DNA of 64,000 bases. It comes from Andalucia godoyi And28. Lineage: Eukaryota; Protista; Jakobida. This document shows positions 33,371-44,274 of this stretch, in pieces (position 1 is the stretch's first letter; every line of letters starts with the position of its first letter). The notes under the pieces were generated by a model. The model did no database searches, was not told the DNA's origin, and saw nothing but the letters and a program-made list of their open reading frames with translations. Position numbers and translations under genes: made by a program. Location: the NCBI GenBank assembly GCA_009859145.1, contig VRVR01000004.1:108677-172676 (forward strand). Reading direction: 5' to 3'.

Positions 33371-34291
33371 TCACGGTCGGCGAACAGGAGAAGCACTCCG
33401 CTGAGGTGATGATGAACTTTTCATGTACACATCAAAAGGGTCTTCGAAAGTATGCTTCTGCGTCGTTTCGTATTCTCCCTTTCCACGTCCAATCGACACG
33501 GACGACCGCAGCGTATCGTGCACAGAGCCCGCTTTCTGAGTCTTTGAGGGACTTGTATTCTGGAACGAAGATTTAAAAGTTGTTTCATACCGATATGCAT
33601 CTTTGGCGTGTTCTGGTTGTCGGCCGTGGTTTTCGTTCGTCTTTCTCAAGCCAGCAGGCTGCGCAAGCGGAAGGTTGGACTTGAACAAACGCTCCTTGAC
33701 GTCTGACTGACTGACACGTTCCACCTGCTTACTCTTATCCACGAAATCCGAACGCGTGGAACTCGCAAAGTCTCGGTCTCTTCCAAACGAGATGTGTGAA
33801 ATCTGAAAATCCGTGTTGGTAAAAGACTTTGCAGACGGGTCCATGCCGCGGTACTCGAACGCTGACTTTGTAGTGGATTCAAATTCGCGACGCTTTCCCC
33901 GAAACACGCTCGCTGCTTTGGAGTCAAAGAGCTTTGCGCGCTGGTCATCCCATGCTTTGGGATCCACGTTGTTTCCGTTCACTGCAAGTTCCTTGTATAC
34001 GCTCTGATTGGAGGTCTCGTAGTTTTGGCACTTTCCTTGCAAAAGTGGGATTGAGGATGTGAAGATGATCTCCTTTGTCGCTGCAGTGTCCTGCCTTCCC
34101 TGTGACAGATCAAGAGCCTGAAAAGCAGCATGCTGTGCCGACTGAGTTACATGCATCTTCTTGGACTGCAAAACATGCGACGACAGCAACTCCTTTTTGT
34201 TCTCTGCAAAGCTGGCATTCTCAACGTAAAACTTTCGGTAGGCATGCAGCTTGGCGTCCGCTGCAGGTGCGATGGGCAAAGCAGACGACAT
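33371..34291 (-). CDS. Putative ciliary microtubule inner protein (TEX45/SAXO-like repeats)
   Basis: Repeated SHISFG/SSVSIG...(Y/F)E(T/S)T.KS.F units spaced about 35-40 aa apart. Confidence 0.55.
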   Translation of the reverse strand: MSSALPIAPAADAKLHAYRKFYVENASFAENKKELLSSHVLQSKKMHVTQSAQHAAFQALDLSQGRQDTAATKEIIFTSSIPLLQGKCQNYETSNQSVYKELAVNGNNVDPKAWDDQRAKLFDSKAASVFRGKRREFESTTKSAFEYRGMDPSAKSFTNTDFQISHISFGRDRDFASSTRSDFVDKSKQVERVSQSDVKERLFKSNLPLAQPAGLRKTNENHGRQPEHAKDAYRYETTFKSSFQNTSPSKTQKAGSVHDTLRSSVSIGRGKGEYETTQKHTFEDPFDVYMKSSSSPQRSASPVRRP

Positions 34292-35316
34292 CTCTCTATT
34301 TTAATAAACAGAAATAGTCGTGTATCGTAGGTAACAACGCAATTCTAATTCCACGTTTCAATCTCAATGGGTATTTTCTTCTCGTGACAACGTCCCTTCG
34401 TTTCGGTGGAAGAAATACACAAGCACAGCATTTCCAAACTGCAACAGCAGAAACCTCGGGTCTGGGATGTTTGGTCGTTGGGATTGGGGGGAGGGAATCG
34501 TTTGGTCCAAACCCTGCTCTGTTGACACATGCTATGCAAGCAGAAGGCTTCCGAGTTTGGTGACAGTTCTCTGGTGTGTGCTCAGACAACATGGCCAAAC
34601 CCGGATGCAAGTCGAAGTCGAGTTTTGTTTCCCAGGCGCATGATGCCTTTTTGGACGCCTTCTCCATCAGCATGAGCACAGGAAACGGCGGCAAAAAAGC
34701 AGTGAAAATGGCCAAGCACAAACAAGGACCTTTTCCATCCGTGTTAGTATTTGTTCTTTGCTTGCCCCCCTCCTCTCTCTCTCTCTCTCTCTCTCTCTTC
34801 GCGCCTCGCTCCGCCTTTTGTTTTTTCCCTCTTTTTCCTTCTTCTGCTTTTGTTCTCTCGCCCGCCTGCACGCATTCGGTTGCATTTCCCAAACGGCATC
34901 CAGCGGGCTCGTTTTTTTTTTAAAAGCAAAGCTCTGTAACCGCAAAGCCTCCGCCTGGGCGCCAAGCAATCTCGTGAATTGAAAAAGTCCATAAGCAAGT
35001 ATTTTTCAACAGCAAAGTGATTGCGTCTTGGTTGTGCTGAAGCTGCGATTTTGGCAGTGTTTCTGTGCCTTTCTTTTGTTTCGCTCTCCTTCGTTCTTCA
35101 TTCTTTATCCATTTTCTACACATAATAATTATTATTATTATTACTATTATTAACTTACCAGTTCATTAATATATTTACTATTATTTGGCTTTCCCCCCAC
35201 CCCCTCGCCGGATTGTTGCCCGAGTTCATTGGGCGCTCTCATCACCACGCGTCGATATTGGTCTCCTGTACTTTCCCGGGCCTCGGTTTTCACTGTGATT
35301 GTTCGTTCGTGCTGTA

Positions 35317-37017
35317 ATGTCGTTTTCTGCGAATGTGGAACGTCTTTCTGAATTGCCGTTCAGTGTTTGGATCCACATTGTCGATTTTCTTGATGGTACG
35401 TCGCTTGCTAGAACCGCGTGTACGTTGCGTGTAGCGGATGCCGTGCTTGGGCAAAACTCGGAAGATCGCTGGAAACGATGTCTTCAAGCACAGTTTCGAT
35501 ATTTCCGCGTTTTTGACTCTTTTGAAAAGACATTTGTTCGCAAAGTGACCGAATGGAGAGCACATCCGAAACAGAGAGGCTTTCTTGTGCAGATCAAATC
35601 CCTACCATTTCGAGCATACATACAGTGCTTGGAGGATTCATCATTGGGCGATAAGATGGCACGCTCGGCCGCCACCACCACCGTGACCTCTCCTGCAATG
35701 GATGCTGGATTCAAGCTGATGTTTACTTCGGAAATCGGCATGGGGTCCACGGTGCTGTACCCTTCGCACTGTGGCCGTTTTGTTGCGTTCACTGCAGACG
35801 ACGGGCTTACGGGATTTCACAGATTGCGCGTGTACGACGTTTTAAAGGAGTGTGTGGTCCATGAATGCGATCCAACAGATGCAGAGCCGTTCTACCTTCA
35901 CTGGTCTCCAGATTCGACGTTTCTTGTCGGTCTTACTCCAGACAGCGAAGTCACTGTGCGAGCGCACGTCTTTGACATTTACCACGGAAAGGTGTTTCCG
36001 TTTCTCGGCGGCTCCCCAATCTTTTTCTCCTTTTCCCCATCTAATTTGAATGTGGTCTGGGAAATGTCTCTTTCTGCGTACCGCATCCTGGCACCGCTGT
36101 CACAGCCGTTGCAGACGTCGACAGCCGAAAGCAGCAATGGTTGCGATTGGCATCGCGGTCAGGAGATTGCCGATGTTCGGCCGGAGAACAAGGGCATGCC
36201 CGTCCCATTCTGGGTAGAGCCACGCATTGTAATCTTCGGGGTTCAAGAAGACCCCATGGGAGATCGAAACAAGCTTGTTGAGTTTGATCCTTATACCCAG
36301 AAAGAAATTCGTTGTTTGATGAGCTCAACTTGTGAGTTCTTTGGGACAACAGCGCTGAATGGCGGGCAGTTTGTCGCTGTGCTTGTCGCATTGGATGGTG
36401 ACCCTCACTCGGTTGCCGTGTACATTCTTGATCGACGCAGTACATGGAAAGATCCAGGGGAGTCGTCTTGTCCCTCGGGAACGGATGCGCCTGCCTTGTT
36501 TGCAGACGGTCTGCTGACTGCATATGTTCCGTGTTGGAAGATTCCCGTTTCACAACATTTCCGAGGCACATGGCACTTTTTCTCTCCTGACGGAACGATG
36601 TTTGCTTCGTTTGACACTCTTGGATGTCCCGTAGTAGTGGACTGTGTCCACAAGACCGTGCATCGTCTCCTAGAAAAGTTTGAGCTGCATCGATTTTACT
36701 GCCTGACGTTTAGCATGTTTTATCAGCAATTTAGTCAGTCCGTGTCTGTGTGGAGTCCCGATTCTGCAGAGTTTGTGTTTGTCGCTTCTGCTTGCATTTC
36801 GACGCATCAGCATCCTGGTTTCGAAAGATGTCCGGACAGAGTGATTCGAGGCCCTGTTGGCGGATACAAGATTGCTGTGAAGCGCGCGGCCGGTGGTCGA
36901 GTTGAGGGGCTGTCCTTCTCCTTCATCCCGCACACCGACGACCTCACAAACTACATTGGGTACCCACGAATCGTGGACGACGCGTACTTTCCTCCGTTCT
37001 TCTCGCATTCTGGTTGA
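35317..37017 (+). CDS. F-box protein with a TolB/WD40-like beta-propeller
   Basis: LSELPFSVWIHIVDFLDG.SL..ACT (F-box); later WSPDS repeats (LHWSPDS, FFSPDG, QQFSQSVSVWSPDS). Confidence 0.7.
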   Translation: MSFSANVERLSELPFSVWIHIVDFLDGTSLARTACTLRVADAVLGQNSEDRWKRCLQAQFRYFRVFDSFEKTFVRKVTEWRAHPKQRGFLVQIKSLPFRAYIQCLEDSSLGDKMARSAATTTVTSPAMDAGFKLMFTSEIGMGSTVLYPSHCGRFVAFTADDGLTGFHRLRVYDVLKECVVHECDPTDAEPFYLHWSPDSTFLVGLTPDSEVTVRAHVFDIYHGKVFPFLGGSPIFFSFSPSNLNVVWEMSLSAYRILAPLSQPLQTSTAESSNGCDWHRGQEIADVRPENKGMPVPFWVEPRIVIFGVQEDPMGDRNKLVEFDPYTQKEIRCLMSSTCEFFGTTALNGGQFVAVLVALDGDPHSVAVYILDRRSTWKDPGESSCPSGTDAPALFADGLLTAYVPCWKIPVSQHFRGTWHFFSPDGTMFASFDTLGCPVVVDCVHKTVHRLLEKFELHRFYCLTFSMFYQQFSQSVSVWSPDSAEFVFVASACISTHQHPGFERCPDRVIRGPVGGYKIAVKRAAGGRVEGLSFSFIPHTDDLTNYIGYPRIVDDAYFPPFFSHSG

Positions 37018-37293
37018 GAGTGCCTGAACAGTGTTATGAGGACGTAGCATGGTCTTTCGTCAATTCGACCAATTTGTTTCATGTAATTCTCGAATAAAAC
37101 GTGCGCACCCTGTCGTGTGTGGATGTGGGTCTCGGGGCGGTGTTGGTGTTGTACCTGCTTCCCTCTCTCTCTCTCTCTCCATCATTTTTCATTTACCGTT
37201 CGAGACCCCACACACACACACACTCGACGTATTCAAAAAGAAGAAGAAAAAAACCGGAAGCAATGATATATGCAAAAATTAGACTTAAAGGCT

Positions 37294-38524
37294 CTAAATT
37301 GGTACAACATCCACGGCAGGAGACTCCACACTGTCGTCCGTGTTCTCAGCGACGGTTGTGGTTCTCGCGGCAGCCGGTTCGTTAACTGCGTAGGATTGAT
37401 CGACAGGAACCGCAAAGTGCACATCACCTGGCGCTAGTGGCATTGCAGAATTCGGAGACACTGATTCCGCAAGTGCAACATCGTCGTTCTTGTCTACCAC
37501 TTCAGAAAACGGGATTTCTCGAGTGATGGACTCGACACTGGCTATCTGTAATGCCGCCAACATCATAAACGGCAGCATCGAGCATATCTGCATAATGAGC
37601 CCTGCAAGATACAGCTTGAGTGCGCTGTCCGCTTCGCTGCCCGTAATGAACTTGTCATCCCTGAGATACCGCAGTGTTTCGTACGAGTACAGGTACTGCA
37701 TGATGCAGTAGACCGCGGCAACGGGGGACACGACCAGCAGATCGCGGGACTGCAAAATGGCTCCAAAGGTCAGGGAAAACCCAGAAACAAGACCCCAAAA
37801 AGGTGGCGCAACTTCTGTTGACATGACTCCCGCTAGATACGATGCATCCGGCGTGACAATCCCGATGAGTCCCACAACAAACCCAATTGCGTTGAGACAG
37901 CAAAAGAAAAGGAACGTCCAGAACCACATGCTTGAAACAGTCGGTGTTCGACTGCCAAATCGAAGGTCCTCCAAACACACAATCAGCCCGACGAGTAGCG
38001 AAAAGATCTGAATTCCAGCGCCCGCATACGCCACAGATGCATCCACACTGTCGTGCAAGAGCGCACCATAACAGTTTTGTTTTGAAGACTTGCACAGATC
38101 CGCTTGTCTGACAAATCCCATGTTTCCAATATAGAATGGAAAGTTGAGAATTGCTGCAATCACCGAAAGAACCATCAATGCCCGGAATCCACTCGAACGG
38201 GTATATGCAAATCCAACAAGTGACAAAAACGACCAAAACGGCGGAACCCACATATACGAGTATTTCTGCAGATCTTGCATCCCATACAAGAACAAGATAA
38301 GTCCAATCTAGCCCCCACTCAGTTATGAAGACGACGACTACATTAGCAAACAAGGCATACCAGAATCCAAAAGAAGAAGAAGAAGAAGAAGAAGAAGAAG
38401 AAGAAAGGATGCAGGAGAGAGACCAAAGCAAAAAAAGAACACAAAAACATACGACATTCACAACAGCCATTACTGCTGGAGGCAAAAAAGATTTTGCACT
38501 TTGGTGAACGACTGGATTTTCCAT
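37294..38524 (-). CDS. Multi-pass membrane protein with an internal duplication; 2 exons (38524-38453, 38307-37294)
   Basis: GTATGT...TAG intron in phase 0; about 8 TM helices in two similar halves, each with a PPFW motif. Confidence 0.7.
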
Positions 38525-38916
38525 TGCTGAATTGGGTGTCCGTCTGTGCTTTCCAATCAATAAAATGTTCACTCCGTGTTGCACTGAGACAAGTACAAAC
38601 ACCATCTCTCCAACGAAGAATGTCTGTGTTCAGAGTGACAACGCATATGTTGGATTTCGAAACACGGAAGTCCGGCACTGGAATGGAAGTCGATTGCTGT
38701 CGACATTCCACAAGAACGTTAACTTTTGTTTATGCAGTTCTCTCCTTCGACAGAAAACGTTTTTCATTATTTATTTATTTATTAATATTTATTTATTTGG
38801 ACTTTGGAAGTTTTTTGGCGCAGTTTTGGAATCATCTCTGTTTCTAGGAACAGCAATACTTGCAGATATTGTATTGCGTACACACACCATACCAAGAACG
38901 AGGAAGAAAGAAGACA

Positions 38917-39051
38917 ATGGCGTTCGTATCAGACACTCCTCAGATTATTCGCCAGCTCAAATTCGACGACGTCCAGGAGTCGGATCCAAGAGATCTGATC
39001 TGCAAATTCGAAACGTATGCTTTGTTTATTTGATTGTTTGTGGTTTACTTG

Positions 39052-39083
<32 letters not shown>

Positions 39084-40755
39084 GGTGGTGTTGTTGTTTT
39101 TCTTTGCTTTTTTTTTTGGAAGCTTTTGTCAAATGTTCCTCATATCACATTTATATACTGATGGATTCCACCGCTGTTAGGGACTCCAAGTTTTACGAAG
39201 AGCAGCTGGCGTGCTTGAACTCCATCCGATTGGTTCTGGATGCTCCCAAAGACCGCTCAAGTCTGTTTGAACTTGCGAAAATCAAAGTATGTTTTCTCCT
39301 CCTCATGGTTCTTCTGTCCTTTTCAATGCGACGCACTTCACGCCTGTCTTTTTTTGTGATTTCTAACATCATGCTCGCTACCATAATCGTTGGGCGGGAA
39401 AAAATATACGTATGTAGAACCAAATTTCCGAGTGGAAGCAGGTCTATCTCGACGCAGAGACGAAGCAGCAGGTGCTGGAAGCACTGTTGGTGGCGGATGT
39501 CATTGAGGATGTTCCAGCGGAACTGTTGCAGCAGGTCGAAGAGGAGCTCAAAAAGTCCAAGAAGTCTCTGAAGGAGATAAAGGTTCGATCCAATGAAGTT
39601 TCCGCAAAACTTGAGAATCTTGTTCAGGCGTTGACCGAACGTATGTATTTTTATCATCTCCACCAATGTCGGTTTCATGACAGCATAAGTTCTCTGCTTT
39701 TATTTGCTCTTTAATCGATGCTAATGAGTAATGGCTTTGCGTTTCTTTTGCGTTGCAACTTTGTTGATGTAGTGTATGATTCTTTCGAAGAAGCGAAAAA
39801 ATTGTTTGATGCAAAAGTAGCCGAGCTTCAGAGAATGTCGTTAGGTGAACAAGATGGGAAGGCGACGGCGTACGCCTGCGATGTGTCCTCGAACATTCCC
39901 AGTTCTGCAGAAATGGAAAAGTTTCGTCAAGGTGCGCTGGCGGATATCCGCCATTGGACGTCGCAAAATCAAAAGCTGGAAGCAGAAGCATCGAATCTTC
40001 GCGGAATGATCGTGTCTGTGCAGAAGCAGCAGCAAAGTGCGCAAACTCTACTTTCGTCGCGCAAAGTCGAACTAACTGCACTTTCTGCACAACAAGTAGA
40101 GCTGATGCAGGAAGCCAAGTTCGCAAAGTCGTCGATTGAAGAAAGCAGCCGAATGCGGGCGGTCGTGCAGCAAATGACGGGGATTACGCTTCTCTCAACC
40201 GATGATCAGTCGTTCACTTTTTGCGTCTCCTCGGTTGTGAAGACGCGGACGGAGTCGTTTGTAGTGCGCATCGCACTGAATCCACGCACCGCAGAGTTGG
40301 TTTCTGCATCCGTACTGTCATTCCTCGAAGGATCCGCAGCAGCGTCAAGTATGAGCCCTTCCATGCTGGGACTCGGCGACCTTGTGAAGGAAGCTGCCTC
40401 TCGTGAAAACGATCTTGCATCCTTTCTCCGCGAAGCTCGGCATCGATTCCGGTGTGGTATTCTTCGCCAGGATATCTACGACGCACTGAGCTCGCGTTAT
40501 GCAATCCAGGGAAACCCGTTCGAAAACAGCGTCTCGGTTACGTTCTTGACGGGCTCTTCTGCGATCCTGAGCGTCCCTAAAGATTTTCCCGTTGTCCACA
40601 CTGCCAAGGAAAAGATCGCGGTTGCATCCGTCAAGATGCGCGATGGACGCATCGAAACCCCCGTGACCTCACAGCGGCTTGCCACCATCAACGCCGATCC
40701 CAAAACGTCTGATATCCTCGTTCTCATCTCTGAGCTTTCTCGATTCTGCCTCTAA
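38917..40755 (+). CDS. Zwint/Sos7/Kre28-like kinetochore protein; 4 exons (38917-39014, 39181-39286, 39418-39640, 39773-40755)
   Basis: Three phase-compatible GTATG introns; WKQVYLDAETKQQVLEAL resembles the Sos7 YLEQETKEKFL motif; coiled coil followed by an RWD-like C-terminus. Confidence 0.6.
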
Positions 40756-40902
40756 TTTTTACTCGAAACAGCGCCACCAGATCCTCAACCGCAGCAGCAG
40801 TAGCAATAACAATCCACACTGTAACTTGTAAACTAAGCCCTTCAGGAGCCAGGACAGTTGCTTGCTGGTCGTTGTGTTGCTACTACTAACTTTTTACAAA
40901 GC

Positions 40903-41355
40903 CTACTGGAGTTTCTTAATAGAGTCCAACCACGCATCCAGCTGGGGTTTCGGCAAGACTCCGACAAACGAGTTCACCACTTTTCCCTTGTGCATCAGAA
41001 GAACCGTGGGCACCGCTTCGATGCGGAACTTGTCCGACGTGTCTGGGCAATGGTCAATGTTAACCTTTGCAAGCACAAACTGGCCCTTGGCAGCCTCGGC
41101 AGCCTGAGTTAGCAGCGGCGTGAGCATTCTGCATGGGCCGCACCAATTAGCGTAAAAATCCACAAGAACGGGCTTGCTGGAATCCACCACCGCGCTCTGG
41201 AACGTCGCGTCCGTCACCTCCACGACCACTCCATTACCGCTCGTAGTCGGCCCACTCGTCGCGGCCCATCGCTTGATTACAGCAGGTGCCAAAATATTCG
41301 ACATAAACAACCGCGGCGTTACTGCTCTTGGCGAAATTCGGAAAATCGCATTCAT
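40903..41355 (-). CDS. TRX: Thioredoxin with a likely mitochondrial presequence
   Basis: PVLVDFYANWCGPCRML; Arg-rich, acid-free N-terminal leader. Confidence 0.93.
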   Translation of the reverse strand: MNAIFRISPRAVTPRLFMSNILAPAVIKRWAATSGPTTSGNGVVVEVTDATFQSAVVDSSKPVLVDFYANWCGPCRMLTPLLTQAAEAAKGQFVLAKVNIDHCPDTSDKFRIEAVPTVLLMHKGKVVNSFVGVLPKPQLDAWLDSIKKLQ

Positions 41356-41499
41356 TTCTGTTTTCACCAAAAAACTAAAAATCCCCAGACAAAATTAATT
41401 AATTTGATGAGAAAGTCGTTCAATAAAGAATAGAGAAAAAAACGAAAGAAAAACGGAAAAAGAAAGAAAACATCAAGTTCGACTTCATTAACAGGACTC

Positions 41500-41710
41500 A
41501 TCAAAAGAAAGCGAGGTTTACAGTAACCCAATGTTGTCGTTTTTATTACAGGCGGTGGTCCACACCAATTTTTGTGCACGAAGCGTGGCCAACCATCACT
41601 GACCAATCCGAGCATGCAGCCTTGCAGCGGAACCGGAAAGCGTTTCTTTCAAAGAAATATTGCGCGCGCCATCCAGACGTGCGCCAATGACGGTGGACTG
41701 GCATAAATGA
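41500..41710 (-). mobile_element. Possible very degenerate Fanzor2 3' relic
   Basis: Minus-strand frame ..LCQSTVIGARLDGARNISLK resembles DRDxNGARNIxLK; no clear terminus. Confidence 0.35.
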
Positions 41711-41823
41711 AAAGGAGCGGACATAATAACAGCATCTAAAAGCTTTGGATAAGTAGAGCAAAGAAAGGAAAAGTAGAGATGGCAAAGTACGGGGGAGAAT
41801 GAGGTTTGCTGATCCACGCAGTA

Positions 41824-42266
41824 CGCCTACACTATACACTGAATATGCATGTCTATTCGTAGATATGCATATCCAATCTTGCATCCCGTTGCCGGGAAGG
41901 GGATAGGCCCCAACACGCCTCACGGTGTTCTTCAGATAGATGATCCGCGCTCCGTTCCCAATCTCGATCAATATGTGAGCTGCACGCGGGACATGCAAAC
42001 ACTTTGCTTCCGCCGCTCGCGATACTCGGTCGCCTTATGGAACAAACGTTGCAAAAAGAACGAATGATAGAATTGATGGCTACGGATGCTGCGTTAAATC
42101 GTGTCGAAAATGCGGAGCCTGTGTCACCGGCTGAATTTTGGCCGAGCGTGCGTAAGCACGAATTCCTGTGAAGCAAACGTGCTGGTGTCGGCCAGTATCG
42201 GCGGTGTCTGTTTATGGATGCTTCCTTCCGTATGCATGACAATGACGTGTTATTATTATTCAACGG
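41824..42266 (-). mobile_element. Non-autonomous IS607/Fanzor2 element, family 1, copy C
   Basis: CCGTTGAATAATAATAACACG...GGSKVFACPACSSHIDRDW/(+1)NGARIIYLK...CAGTGTATAGTGTAGGCG; aligns with copies A and D. Confidence 0.92.
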
Positions 42267-42413
42267 CAGTTTTCTGTTTTGCCTTTGTTTGAAATTTGCA
42301 CTTTCATTCCCAAGTATATATATATATATATGTATATACCAATTTGATTTTGAGTTTTGTGTTTTTAAAAGAATAGTATACAAAGCGTGCGTTTGTGAAA
42401 AAAGAAGACGGGG

Positions 42414-44137
42414 ATGCCTGGATCAGACGCAGAGTTGGTGAGACCGCCTGTTCCACCTTCTGCGGTAGTCGCTCGAGTGCAATCCTCTTATTACTATGCA
42501 CCTCCGCTGCCAGAGTCTGCATATCTCCTCCAGCAAGGTAATCCTCAACATCCGCAATCTGTGGACACTGCGGCCAATCCGTATTTCCATTCCAGTATAT
42601 CGTTTTCACCGGTGTCGACGAACGGGCTTGTGCTGATTCGCCAATTACCTTCCGACACAGATAGCCATACTTATAATGGCAGCAGCAGTGGTGTTAGTGG
42701 TTCGGTTTCTGCTTCTGCGAGCAATGTGAAGAATGCGGATGGCTCTCCGGCTAAGATGGTTACTGTCCAACATCGTCCACTCACGTATGAAGAACTTGTA
42801 GATGTGAACTTCCGGTTGGAGTATGAATATCAGAGAAAACTGGATCTGTTGATGAAGCGGTACGAACAAGAAGCAGTCAACAAGATGGATGCGATTTTGG
42901 AAGATGTGAAGCGCGAAAAGAGGTCTTGGGAAGAAAGAGAAATCAGCTTGTTTCAAACAATTGACCATCTGAAATATCTCTTACTGATTGAAAGAAATAG
43001 AACGCAGTTTCTCTCTTCGTCGTCATCAGCCGCATCATCAGCCGCACAGCCGCAACAACGACTGCTCCGAGTTCCGAGTATTCGATTTCTTCACCGTCGA
43101 AGAAGACAGAGCATTTCGCACTTTCAAATCAGCATAGCCATCACAGTCAAAGTCAAAGTCATAGTCATCCAGTATCGGGAAGCCCATTGAGATCAAGAGA
43201 CGCGTCACGCAGGCAGAGCACAGCTTCGGATATTCCGGCTTCTCCGCATGCTGATGATCACTGGACGTACCGTGAATCCATATTGTATCGATTGATCCGC
43301 GATAAGGATGCCGAGATTTTCCGGCTTCTTGAATTCAAACAGCGACTGGAAAGTGTCGATGCGAAGTGGGACAGCGAAAGAGAAGAACATGCCACACAAC
43401 TCAGGAAAGTTGCAGAGGATCTTTCGGCGGCTCATTTATGCAAAATCGAAGAATTGGCCGCGAAACACGCACAGGAAATCGCTGATAAGGACGCAGAAAC
43501 CAGCAAGAAAGATGCAGTGCATGCCGAGGCTGTTACAGAGTATGAGAAGAGAATTGGAGTGTTCGAGGAAACGATCGAATCCATGGTCGATGACTTGGCT
43601 GTGGATGTGAATCAGATGATTGCGCAGGCTGTCGAAGTACAGAGAGCCGAGTACGTTGGAGCCATCCAAGAGCAGTTGGAGTATATTCAGTACCTCCATG
43701 GACTCTTGGGATACAGTCCAAAAGAAACCACTGCTGATGCTGATGCTGATGCTGGGACAGATGCTGGCGCAAATGCCCATACAGATACTGCACAATCATC
43801 TGCGGACCGCGCGGATTCTGACGTGGATAAGGGCAGCGATAGTCATAGTGACGCAGCGTGCGGGGTTGTACAGAACACGGACGACGATAAGAAAGATGAA
43901 ATGGTACATGAGGCCGCTGCCGATACAGCACCACTAGCGCCACAGTCGCAGTCACAGCTTGCAGATTCGACGGAAAACAGTGCTGCAAACAACCCAGAGA
44001 TGGCATCATCATCCGATGGAAATGGTTCCGGAGACGTGTCAACTGAAATCAGCACTTCGTCGACGACTTCCGATGGTGACGCAGAAGACGCGGATTTTGA
44101 CGGGTCGTTTTCTTGGATGAGCGGCGCCGCCACGTGA
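42414..44137 (+). CDS. Coiled-coil protein, apparently one gene split by a 1-nt frameshift near 43046
   Basis: ORF1 (42414-) and the frame of ORF2 (open from 43001) overlap. Restoring one A in gccgca(a)cagccgcaacaacg gives SSAA-TAATTTAPSSEY and a continuous protein. Confidence 0.6.
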
Positions 44138-44274
44138 GTTTCCATAGTGAACAACTTTTCTCTTTTCTTTTTTTTATTTTGGTCTCTGGGTACTCAGTAG
44201 TGATCAAAAGTTCAAAATGCTTCGTATTGCATTATCGATAATTTAATTTTCTTTTTGTTTTGGGGCTTGTTGTG

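Noticed and set aside
34320-34332. GTGTATCGTAGG, identical to the end of the 46.7-kb cassette
   Set aside because: Only 12 nt with no upstream similarity; could be chance.
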